DNA of 64,000 nucleotides from Patescibacteria group bacterium (GTDB lineage Bacteria; Patescibacteriota; Minisyncoccia; UBA6257; 2-01-FULL-56-20): NCBI GenBank assembly GCA_038063755.1, contig JBBTUL010000006.1, positions 26,910 to 90,909 of the forward strand, read 5' to 3'. Shown piece by piece: positions 54,344 to 63,800 of this stretch (position 1 is its first letter; each line of letters starts with the position of its first letter). The notes under the pieces were generated by a model. It saw only the letters and a program-made list of their open reading frames with translations, ran no database searches and was not told where the DNA came from. The position numbers and the translations under genes were made by a program.

Positions 54344-55341
54344 GGAACAAGATTTTGCGGAGTACCTTCCTGAAACGCATGGATATTTGCAAGCGTTGTC
54401 TCAAGAATCCTTTCAAGTGCTTCTTTCGAGTTAAACGCATTGTGCGGAGTCATGAGTACGTTCGGCATCTCGATCAACTCCTTGTTCTCACGAACCACCT
54501 CTGCCGCAGAAGCCGAAAGACCTTGTAGCGCAAGATCGCTTCTGGTTGCAATCTCCTCTTCAAAAACATCTAACCCGACACCAGAAAGTATTCCTTCCTT
54601 CAAGCCGAGAAGCATGGCGGCGGTCTCCACGATGCCACCTCGAGCCGTATTTACAAGATATGCTCCACGCTTCACGAGCTTGATGTTCTCCATATTCACG
54701 ATATGATGCGTGTCTTTCGTGTAGGGGCAGTGAAAAGTAAGCACGTCCGCTTGCCGTAAAAGCTCTTCAAGGGTGACGTATGGATACCCAACAGCTTCCG
54801 CAAATTTAGCGTCTGGGAACATGTCGTGCGCAACCACATTCATTCCAAATCCTTTTGCGATCTTTATTACCTCTTTTCCGATTCTTCCCGTTCCCACGAT
54901 TCCCAAAGTCTTCCCTTTGAGGTCAACGCCGCGAAGAGCGTCTACCGAAAAAGCGAGGGACTTTTCTCGCTTCACATGATCGATCGCCCAATACATCTTT
55001 CGCGTAAGATTTAAAATCAGGCCAAACGTAAATTCTGCGACAGTATTGTCTCCGTACCCGGGAACATAGCACACCGTAAGACCTCTCGCCTTGCATGCCT
55101 CAAGATCAATATGATCGAATCCGGTCGATCGCGTTGTAACAAGTTTCAGCTTCGGGAAACGTTCCAGGACTTCTTTGGTTATGCGAGAATTTACGAAAAT
55201 CGCAAGAACCTCCGCATCATTTACGTCAGGCAGCTTCTCAAGGTTGATCGCGTTCCGATCTATATAAAGATCGTTTGCCGGAAACTTCTCGCGGATCATT
55301 TTTTCCTCCCAATCTTCGAGTTGAAAAAATGCAAGTTTCAT
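54340..55341 (-). CDS. D-isomer-specific 2-hydroxyacid dehydrogenase (D-lactate or glycerate/hydroxypyruvate reductase type)
   Basis: NAD-binding LGIVGTGRIGKEV and the catalytic R...E...H (TPHNAF) arrangement; 333 aa. Confidence 0.8.
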   Translation of the reverse strand: MKLAFFQLEDWEEKMIREKFPANDLYIDRNAINLEKLPDVNDAEVLAIFVNSRITKEVLERFPKLKLVTTRSTGFDHIDLEACKARGLTVCYVPGYGDNTVAEFTFGLILNLTRKMYWAIDHVKREKSLAFSVDALRGVDLKGKTLGIVGTGRIGKEVIKIAKGFGMNVVAHDMFPDAKFAEAVGYPYVTLEELLRQADVLTFHCPYTKDTHHIVNMENIKLVKRGAYLVNTARGGIVETAAMLLGLKEGILSGVGLDVFEEEIATRSDLALQGLSASAAEVVRENKELIEMPNVLMTPHNAFNSKEALERILETTLANIHAFQEGTPQNLVP

Positions 55342-55346
55342 ATTCT

Positions 55347-57758
55347 TTACTTTTTTTCGCTCTTTGCAATCCTAGTAAGCGTCGAGATTACCGAGTCGGG
55401 GTTTAGCGACATGCTCTCTATTCCAAGCTTGATCAAAAACTCCGCGTATTCCGGATGATCCGATGGAGCCTGCCCGCAAATGCCGATATACTTTTTCTTC
55501 GCCTTGCATGCCTTTATGGCATCTGCGATAAGCTTCTTTACTGCCGGATTTTTTTCGTTGCCAATGTGGCTCAAAATTCCAGAGTCGCGATCGAGGCCAA
55601 GCGTAAGCTGTGTCAAATCATTTGAACCAATCGACATGCCATCAAATAATTTCAAAAATTCTTCGGCAAGGATAACATTCGACGGGATTTCACACATTAC
55701 ATATATTTTGAGCTTCTTGTCGGTCGCCTTCGAAAGTCCATGACTTTTCATCGCATCAAGTACCCGCCTTCCCTCTTCCGGAGTACGGCAGAATGGAATC
55801 ATTGGAACGACATTCGTAAGACCCATGTCGCTTCGGACTTTTTTCATTGCTCGACATTCGAGACCAAACGCCTTTACGAATTTTGGATCGTAGTAACGCG
55901 AAGCGCCACGCCATCCGATCATCGGATTTTCCTCAACCGGTTCATAAAGCTCTCCTCCGATAAGCTTCCGATACTCATTCGTCTTGAAGTCGGAGAATCT
56001 GATAATCACCTCGTACGGATAGAAGGCGGCACCAATCTTTGCAATACCCTCGGCCAGTTCATCAACATAATATTTTGCTTTATTCGTGTATCCAGGAGTC
56101 TTTTCGTCAATCTTCTTCGCGATTGCCCGCTCGCTCGTTTTTTTCGACTTCGCAAGCCTTGCGTAATCAATAAGTGCGTTTGGATGCATCTGGATATGCG
56201 ATGCGATTATAAATTCGAGCCTCCCCAAGCCAACGCCTTTCGCGGGAAGATAATGGTTCTTGAACGCCTCATCGGGAGAACCGATATTTACCATGATCTT
56301 CGTCTTTGTCTCCGGCATGTGGTCAAGGCGATGCTCGCGAACTGCAAATGGCAATATTCCCTCGTAAATGGTCGCCGTCTGCCCCATAGAACAGTCAACG
56401 GTTACCGGTTTTCCATTTTTTAGGACCTTCGTCGCATTACCCGTTCCAACCGCGCAGGGAATACCAAGTTCACGAGAAACGATTGCGGCGTGACTCGTTC
56501 TTCCTCCTTTATCCGTTACGATCGCGGAGGCAATCTTCATGATCGGCTCCCAGTCCGGATCGGTTATTTCGGTCACTAAAACTTCTCCTTTTTTAAAGTC
56601 GTTAATACGTTTTGCATCCAATATCACACGCACGTTCCCCGACCCGATTTTTGCTCCAACCGCCATTCCGCTTACCAAAACTTTTCCGCGGCGGGAAAGA
56701 CGATATTCTCGATACACATTCTTGTCGCCGCTTGAGTGAACCGTCTCCGGTCTTGCCTGCACGATGAAAAGCTCGCTTGTTTTCCCGTCTTTCGCCCACT
56801 CGATATCCATCGGCTGATGCCGATTGTGTTTCTTCGAAAAATGTTCCTCAATCTTCATCCCCCACTTCGAGAGGGTAAGTACTTCTTTTTCCGAAATGCT
56901 GAAGCTTGCTTGATCTTTCGGGGAAACCGGAACCTCAACGATTCCTCGCTTCGCATACACGATCTTCCGCCTCTTGTCTCCCAGATCCTGCCCGATAATT
57001 GAACGGTACCCCTTCGCAAGCGCAGGCTTAAATACGATGAACTCATCCGGAGTAACCTTTCCCTGGACAATCATTTCTCCTAAGCCGTACGAGGAATTAA
57101 TCTCGACCACATCTTCGAATCCCGTCTCGGTATCAAGTGTAAACATAACGCCGCTCGCGGCGAGATCTGATCGAACCATCTTTTGGACACCTACGGAAAG
57201 TGCCGCGTCAAAATGCGAGAAACCCTTGTCGGTACGATATGAAATTGCGCGATCGGTAAAAAGAGAGGCAATGCACTTCTTGGTCGCCACAAGAACATCC
57301 TCGAAACCTACCACATTTAAATATGTCTCCTGTTGTCCGGCAAAAGATGCGCCGGGAAGGTCCTCTGCGGTCGCCGATGAACGCACGGCAACATCGGACC
57401 TTTTCCCATACTTCTTTTCGAGTTTTTCGTAGGCTTTTTTTATCTCTGCCTTAAGATCATCGGGAAGTTTCGCTGCTAGAATCATGCTTCGTGCAGCTTT
57501 ACCACGCGATTGGAGTCCCCGAATATCTTTTGTATTCAACCCGGAAAGCGCTTTTTTAAGATTCGCCTTGAGTCCTGTTTTCTCAAGAAAGTGACGATAC
57601 GCAGTTGCGGTTATGGCAAATCCTCCAGGAACATTTATTCCAATCGGAACGAGATTTTGATACATTTCTCCGAGCGCGGCGTTCTTTCCTCCGACGAGCG
57701 GAACATCCTTGATGGTAAGTTCATCGAACCACAAGATGAATTTTTTGTTGTTTTCCAT
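55347..57758 (-). CDS. ppsA: phosphoenolpyruvate synthase (pyruvate, water dikinase)
   Basis: ATP-grasp N-terminal domain, phospho-His domain GGRTSHAAIVSRELGIPCAVG, C-terminal PEP-utilising TIM barrel; 803 aa. Confidence 0.85.
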   Translation of the reverse strand: MENNKKFILWFDELTIKDVPLVGGKNAALGEMYQNLVPIGINVPGGFAITATAYRHFLEKTGLKANLKKALSGLNTKDIRGLQSRGKAARSMILAAKLPDDLKAEIKKAYEKLEKKYGKRSDVAVRSSATAEDLPGASFAGQQETYLNVVGFEDVLVATKKCIASLFTDRAISYRTDKGFSHFDAALSVGVQKMVRSDLAASGVMFTLDTETGFEDVVEINSSYGLGEMIVQGKVTPDEFIVFKPALAKGYRSIIGQDLGDKRRKIVYAKRGIVEVPVSPKDQASFSISEKEVLTLSKWGMKIEEHFSKKHNRHQPMDIEWAKDGKTSELFIVQARPETVHSSGDKNVYREYRLSRRGKVLVSGMAVGAKIGSGNVRVILDAKRINDFKKGEVLVTEITDPDWEPIMKIASAIVTDKGGRTSHAAIVSRELGIPCAVGTGNATKVLKNGKPVTVDCSMGQTATIYEGILPFAVREHRLDHMPETKTKIMVNIGSPDEAFKNHYLPAKGVGLGRLEFIIASHIQMHPNALIDYARLAKSKKTSERAIAKKIDEKTPGYTNKAKYYVDELAEGIAKIGAAFYPYEVIIRFSDFKTNEYRKLIGGELYEPVEENPMIGWRGASRYYDPKFVKAFGLECRAMKKVRSDMGLTNVVPMIPFCRTPEEGRRVLDAMKSHGLSKATDKKLKIYVMCEIPSNVILAEEFLKLFDGMSIGSNDLTQLTLGLDRDSGILSHIGNEKNPAVKKLIADAIKACKAKKKYIGICGQAPSDHPEYAEFLIKLGIESMSLNPDSVISTLTRIAKSEKK

Positions 57759-57762
57759 ATAT

Positions 57763-59049
57763 TTATATTTTTATTGCGATTAAAAGATCTGAAACATTCG
57801 ATTCCGTAGGGCCTGTCAGGAGATTGTCTCCAGTTGCTTCAAAAAAATGAAATGAGTCGTTGTTTGCAAGGAATGACTGCGCATCAATACCCGCCTGTAT
57901 CGCATGCTCCCTGGTTATTATATCACACACCCCGCCCGCGAATTCGGCGGAGTCTTTTCCGTCGGAAGCGAACGGAAGGAGCAGCTCTCCATCCCGAATA
58001 ACGCTCAATCCGGCAAGAGCGCATTCCATATTTCTCCCCCCCTTGCCGCTTCCGCGAATAGTCACGGTCATCTCTCCGCCGTAAAGATGAGCGGTTCGCG
58101 AAGCAGCTCCGTGCAGATGGTTGATAATATTTGCGCCGACCATCCGCGCCTCACCCGTAAGGCAAGTGGCACATATCTCTGGGCGAAACCCCGCTTCTTT
58201 AGCCTTCTCTGCCATCGCGTTAAGCGCGACATCTCCAGAAACCAAGATGATATTCTTCACTCTCTTGAAGTATTTATCCTCTTTCGGTGTTTCAATAAGA
58301 CCACGAACATAACCCCGCCCTTCCCCGCGTGGTATATATTTTTCGATAATCTCCATTGCTTCCGGTATGGTGGTTCTATCTTTCACCGTGGGGCCGGATG
58401 CGATGAACTGCAAGTCGTTTCCCGGAACATCGGAGAAAATAAGCGAAACTACCTTTGCCGGATATGCGTGTTTCGCAAGATATCCTCCGCGGGCAAACGA
58501 GAGATGCTTGCGTGCCGTGTTTAATTCTTGAATCGTCGCTCCTTGTTTCGTAAGTAGCTTGAATATTTCCGCCTCATCTTCGGGTTCAATGTCTTGCGGC
58601 GACGATAGAAGCGTAGAGCCTCCGCCGGAAATAAGCATGATTACAAGATCGTCCTCCTTCGCACCCTCGAGAATGTCGATGAGATGCTTCGTTGCTTTCG
58701 CGTTTTCTCTGGATGGCAACGGATGAGTTCCCGTGTATCCCGTGAGTCGCGCAAACTTTTTTAAAGGTTTCGCATCGATCACAACCCCGCCCGAAATGCG
58801 GTCGCCAAGAATCTCTTCGAGCGCCTCTGCCCCATCCGCCGCACATTTTCCAACCGCGCAAACGATGATGTTTGATATTGAAGAAAGCGCGATAGACTCT
58901 CCGGAAATCGCAAGGTGTTCGCTACTTATCGAAACCGTGTTCCGAATGACTTTCTTCGTATCAATCGCGTCAAGTCCTGCCTCGGCAATCGCGAGAGCCG
59001 CACGTCTTAGCTCGCTTGTGCCAAGCGATTCGCTATTCTTTATCTTCAT
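57763..59049 (-). CDS. glycerate kinase, MOFRL family (glycerate 2-kinase)
   Basis: DUF4147 N-terminus plus a MOFRL C-terminal domain (RMVGANIINHLHGAASRTAH, GGEMTVTIRGSGKGGRN). The listed ORF start at 59304 is trimmed to the ATG at 59049. Confidence 0.65.
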   Translation of the reverse strand: MKIKNSESLGTSELRRAALAIAEAGLDAIDTKKVIRNTVSISSEHLAISGESIALSSISNIIVCAVGKCAADGAEALEEILGDRISGGVVIDAKPLKKFARLTGYTGTHPLPSRENAKATKHLIDILEGAKEDDLVIMLISGGGSTLLSSPQDIEPEDEAEIFKLLTKQGATIQELNTARKHLSFARGGYLAKHAYPAKVVSLIFSDVPGNDLQFIASGPTVKDRTTIPEAMEIIEKYIPRGEGRGYVRGLIETPKEDKYFKRVKNIILVSGDVALNAMAEKAKEAGFRPEICATCLTGEARMVGANIINHLHGAASRTAHLYGGEMTVTIRGSGKGGRNMECALAGLSVIRDGELLLPFASDGKDSAEFAGGVCDIITREHAIQAGIDAQSFLANNDSFHFFEATGDNLLTGPTESNVSDLLIAIKI

Positions 59050-59115
59050 ATGTAAATTGTACACCTGCAAAGCTTTTCGGAGAAAGTTCGAGCGAAATAT
59101 GCGATAATAAAAACA

Positions 59116-60054
59116 ATGAAACGGACGCTTCTTATGTGGCTCATCGTTGTTTTCATCCTCATTGGGGGAACGGCGTACTACGTCTTTTCTCTTAAAAAAT
59201 TGAAGCCGTTTTCGCTCCGCGAAGGCGCGCCGGCGCCAACCGTGCCCGCTCCAAAACCAGCGCCAGCAGTTACTTTCTACGCGACCGGAAAACAAAAAGT
59301 TCAAATCACCTGGAGTAATCTTCCCGAAGGAACGAACCTTCTGCGCATCTTCCGCGCAAAAAAAGGAACAACCGACTGGAAGCTCTGGAAAACAATATCC
59401 ATTGAAAATCCAGGTGGCGGATCAGAAGAGCTAATTCTTTCAAGCAACGAGTTTACCATTCAGTATTCGTTCTACGCAGAAGCAGGCGGCGTTCCTCCTG
59501 TTTCCGGAGGCGCAGAAGTAACATTTTGGTCGTCTCCGGAAAGCAGCGCGATTCCTCCTCCGCCACCACCGTCCCCGCCGTCTTCTCCGACGAGTTCTGA
59601 GCCACAGAGCCAAAATAACAACCCGAACGACCAAGACCAGCAGAGCACGAGTTCGACGCCTCAAACACAAAGCGAAACGGGGACAAGCACGCCGAGCTCC
59701 ACGCCGCCGCCAGGGGGAGACGTCTACTACACTCCAGACGGACAAATATCGGGAGTGCTTGCAACCACAAGCGATCTTTTCTGGGTGCAGCATATCAACA
59801 ACCGCAACATTGAAATAAACTGGCAAAATCTCCCCCTTACAACCGATAATATTATTGTCACACGCTCTTCGGGAGCATCCGGTCCGTGGGAACAACTGCT
59901 TGTTCAAAACAATCCCGCCGCACCAGGACACGGGAACATCGCGCTCCTCGACCTCACCATAAACCAAGATCAATATTACCGGCTCCAGGCACGGAGCGGA
60001 GAAAGCGTCATTCAAACGTACGGTCCCGTTCTTCTCCCAGCGCTTCAGGAGTAA
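59116..60054 (+). CDS. membrane-anchored surface protein with a P/S/T-rich low-complexity core
   Basis: N-terminal TM MKRTLLMWLIVVFILIGGTAYYV, then a PPPPPSPPSSPTSSEP...STPPPGG linker and a beta-rich C-terminal domain. Confidence 0.45.
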   Translation: MKRTLLMWLIVVFILIGGTAYYVFSLKKLKPFSLREGAPAPTVPAPKPAPAVTFYATGKQKVQITWSNLPEGTNLLRIFRAKKGTTDWKLWKTISIENPGGGSEELILSSNEFTIQYSFYAEAGGVPPVSGGAEVTFWSSPESSAIPPPPPPSPPSSPTSSEPQSQNNNPNDQDQQSTSSTPQTQSETGTSTPSSTPPPGGDVYYTPDGQISGVLATTSDLFWVQHINNRNIEINWQNLPLTTDNIIVTRSSGASGPWEQLLVQNNPAAPGHGNIALLDLTINQDQYYRLQARSGESVIQTYGPVLLPALQE

Positions 60055-60085
60055 AGTTGAAAAAATAAAAACCCCGTTTAAGGGG

Positions 60086-60718
60086 TTAGCTGGGTTGGCT
60101 GGCTACCGGAAGTATCGGGCCGCCCATTCCAGTCACATGTATGACCTGCGTCGGCGCAAGTCCGGTAAATGCAGCGTAGAGAACTTTAACGCCGAACGAT
60201 CTCAAGAAAGCCTTCATGCTCTTTGTGAGGTACGGGTTTCCGAGATACTTTCCGCTTCCGATCTGATCGGCAACGTCGACCTCATCATCTTCCTTCATCT
60301 CGCGACCAACATCTCCACCTTGGAGTGAAACCTGCAATTCGGCAAGTGTATGCGTCGTTACAATTCTTGGAATTGCGGCCTCCGCGACCTCTCCGACAGT
60401 CTCCTCGCCATCCCACACCTTCGCTCCGAATTTCATAATGTCAGAGATTTCAAAGACAACAATCGCCGAGACAGAAACGGGAACGAGGTCCTTGGTGCAA
60501 AGTGGCTGCGACTTCAGCTTAATTGCCTGTCTCACCACCGGAGCAGACCACATTTGTGTAGTAAGCGGCCAATACCAATACATCTTAGGGACAAGCTTCT
60601 TTGCGGGCTTGCCCTTCACAAACTTGATTCCTTCATGCGTACAGGCGATAAGATATGGCTTTGGGATCAGATCCCAAACGTATTGCAGTAGTTGCCCAAT
60701 GGGTTCAAGAAAGCTCAT
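60086..60718 (-). CDS. SPFH/band-7 (stomatin-like) domain protein
   Basis: ...LCTKDLVPVSVSAIVVFEISD...AIPRIVTTHTLAELQ matches the SPFH core (T(K/R)D-x-V-x-V-x-V-D-A-V-V... and GT(H/K)TLxE(L/I)); 210 aa, no obvious TM. Confidence 0.45.
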   Translation of the reverse strand: MSFLEPIGQLLQYVWDLIPKPYLIACTHEGIKFVKGKPAKKLVPKMYWYWPLTTQMWSAPVVRQAIKLKSQPLCTKDLVPVSVSAIVVFEISDIMKFGAKVWDGEETVGEVAEAAIPRIVTTHTLAELQVSLQGGDVGREMKEDDEVDVADQIGSGKYLGNPYLTKSMKAFLRSFGVKVLYAAFTGLAPTQVIHVTGMGGPILPVASQPS

Positions 60719-60804
60719 CTAGAGCTTCTCCTTTCTTGAGCTTCAAGATTCTAAAAATAGCATACTCGCCCAAGCGCCACCGAGTCAATCGGAGAAAAAC
60801 GCCC

Positions 60805-63800
60805 TCACTCGTTGTTGAGAAGGAGGCCCGAAACTCCTCGGATTATAAAGGATGAATTTGCAATGCTTCCATTGCTGAAAACCCCTCCTGCGGTATCAAC
60901 AGCTTTGCCATAAAACTTTACCTTTGCGTATTCGCCGGCGTTTAGCGAGAACATCCAGCGGTAAGCCTTCCCTGTCTCAAGATTTGGATGCGAGGAAAAG
61001 GTAAATATCGGGTATGCACCGCAGTCGGAACCGCGGCGCGAATCATCCGCGGAAGCAACGAGTGTCTGTCCGGCATCGGAGATTTCGTAAATCTCCAACC
61101 TGCACTCCACGCCGCTCGGGTTCGGTACGCGGAGATCGGACCCAGCATTGAAAATCTGAATCTCGCTTAAACCGCCGCCTTCACGAATCGAAAAATCCTG
61201 GCTCCCGTTTTCAAGAAACGGCGTTTTTGTGTATTCATGAAACGGCTCCGGAACGGTAACTTCTACTATCGCGGGCAGAGATACGCTTCCGGCCACATCT
61301 TTTGCGCGAACTCCGAGGAAGTGCTTTCCGGCACTTGAGACGACATACGAGGCGCTTGTTCCGAGTCCTCCCTGCACCGCTCCGTGATCGCGCCATTCGG
61401 CATTTTCAAAGTCTCCATTAGTTGAAACTGCGGATTCGTAAACAATATCTCTGTCTGGCGTATCCGGATCGGTTGAAGTACCCCACGTTGCATGTATCGT
61501 TGATTCAAACTTGTTCCACGACGCATTTAGGGCGCTTGGTGAAAGCGGAGAAAGTTCCGGCGGGATAGAATCAGAAAAATATCGTTTTGTTTTTTCATAT
61601 GCAACGAGTCCCAAGCCAGCATCGCGTCCCGGAGGAAAGTCATAATAAGCAATAGTAAAATAGTCCGAAGCGGAAAGCGGCTCTCCGGGAGTGACCCCGG
61701 CTCGGATAATTACACGAGGATCTTCCTCTTCCAGATACCAGCAATTCGCCCCTATGCCCTGCCCGAACCACACGCAACGATCGGGCCTAAGGCCAAAGAC
61801 TGCCGCAGGGCCTCCTTTTTCTGCAACGGAAAGAATTCCGTCCATGTATTGCGGTAGGGGCTGATTTACGCCTTTCAGTAAGCTGTTTTCGGTATTCGGA
61901 TCCCGGTTGAGGTAAAAAACAAGGCCTTGATAGAGTGTCTCCTCCGGAAGAAATATCTTTGGAATAAACGGCCTTTCCTGATAACGAAGATCGATAACGT
62001 ATTCATTTTCTGGGGCGGTGCTCCTGTGGTACAAGAATGCCGCATCAAGCAGGCTTGGAACAAAAATCTCTGCCTCTTTTAAGCTTGCCATTCCGTCGCT
62101 GTCCCCTGCGGAAAGAGAGATGCGGTACGTTCGATTTAGCTCCTGGATTCTGTAAGAAAACTTTTGCGTTGATGTCGTCCGAAAAATCTCAATCGAAGAA
62201 GATGAGATATCGCGAAGTACGTAGGAAACCGTACTCGTCGCTCCACGTGCATCTTCCGACACTCCCCACGACACCTTAATAGATAGAACATTAGGGTCAT
62301 ACGCTACCTCAAGATCGTGGATTTGCGGTGCAATGCGCGGTTCGAAAAGACTCCCTGATCCTTGTGGGAACGGAAATGTGCGAGCCGAAAGATCATCTGT
62401 AAAACCTCTATCACATGCGTTTCCAAGAAATTCTCCCGAATCAACCGCTCCCTCGCAAGCGCCTCCATAAACCGCTCTCCTTTCGCTGCTTTCTCCTGGA
62501 ATATTGATCGACCGCTTATCGTACGAAATCAAATCCACCTCTTCGCCTTCGGCGTTTTTGAGATTGATAATTATTGAATAGTCTTCTGGTCCGTTCGGAA
62601 GAGATGCTGAACGAACGATATCGGGAACAACACCCCTCCAGTTTGTGCCGTCGAAATTGCCAAACCCAAAAAGGAAAAACCCTTTCGGCGAAATAATCGT
62701 TTTGTCGGCGAGTTTTGATCCGATCTTTACAAGAGATTCTGTCGAAGTTGAGTCGCTTGTGCCGCGCTCAAGTATCCACTCCGAAAGATCGACTGCGGCA
62801 TCAGTCGGATTATAGAGCTCAACGAACTCCTTTCCGGCATCACTTCCTTCCGCATCAAAAAGCACCTCGCTTATGACAACATGACTCACGGGGGTTATCT
62901 TTTCCACTTGAGGTTCCTCCGGCGGCATTTGAGGCGTCGTAGCCCCTCCGGTACTCGTTTCACCGACGGGAACTACCACTTCGCCGCCAAACGTCTTTAT
63001 AAAAACCGGTGCTCCGCCACCCGAGGTCGGCTCTACGGCAATACTTGGGCCTTCTTCGCTCTCTTCTTGAATATTCACGGTCTCTTCCCCTAGGACCGTT
63101 CCGACATAGGGGGCATCTTCTATAGAAGGCGCAGGTTTTCCGAGTTCCGTCGTGCTCGACGACACTTCTTCGGTAATCTCCGCCACATATTGATCTTCGC
63201 CATCGCTCGAAAGAAGCGCTGGTTTTTCCCCTTCTTTTGTCTCGATAGGGATGTCCTTTGCTCGTCCGTAAAGATCGCGAACCGCACCGGAGATGATAGC
63301 GAAACTTTCTTTTGCCACAAGGATCACTTGCCCTACAAATCCCGGGGGCTCTTCTTTTTTAAAGCCTGGATCTTGTTTTGCTTTTTCCGCTTCTTTAAAA
63401 AACAAACTTATAACTCCAGCACCATATTGGACCGCTTTCGGGGAGAGAAGCTTCCAGTAGTCTCGGATTACAAGATCACCGTCTTTTTTGTTGAGAAGTA
63501 TAGAGATGTCTCCCCTCGCCCTCACGACTGTATCTGAGCGAAGAAAGCCTTTTTTCACTTCAATAAAAAGCTTGTATTCTTGTCCCTCATCTTCCGAACG
63601 AACTCCATAAAAGTAATCTCCATTCTTCGAAACATAGTCCGGCTGAGGAAAGCTGTAGCCACTCTGGACTCCAATGGTGTCCTTGCTATAAAAATTATTA
63701 TTTGAATATGTCGCAAGCTTGTTAAAGTATTCGTCGAGGTCTGCACCCGAAGCAGGATATTTTCCCTCAAGACGGTTTTTGAGTTCTGGATCGACATGCC

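Noticed and set aside
57763-59304. Full 513-aa glycerate kinase ORF with an 85-aa Arg/Trp-rich N-terminal extension
   Set aside because: The extension is not part of the MOFRL family N-terminus. An internal ATG at 59049 gives a canonical ~428-aa protein, and the region upstream overlaps the divergent promoter area.
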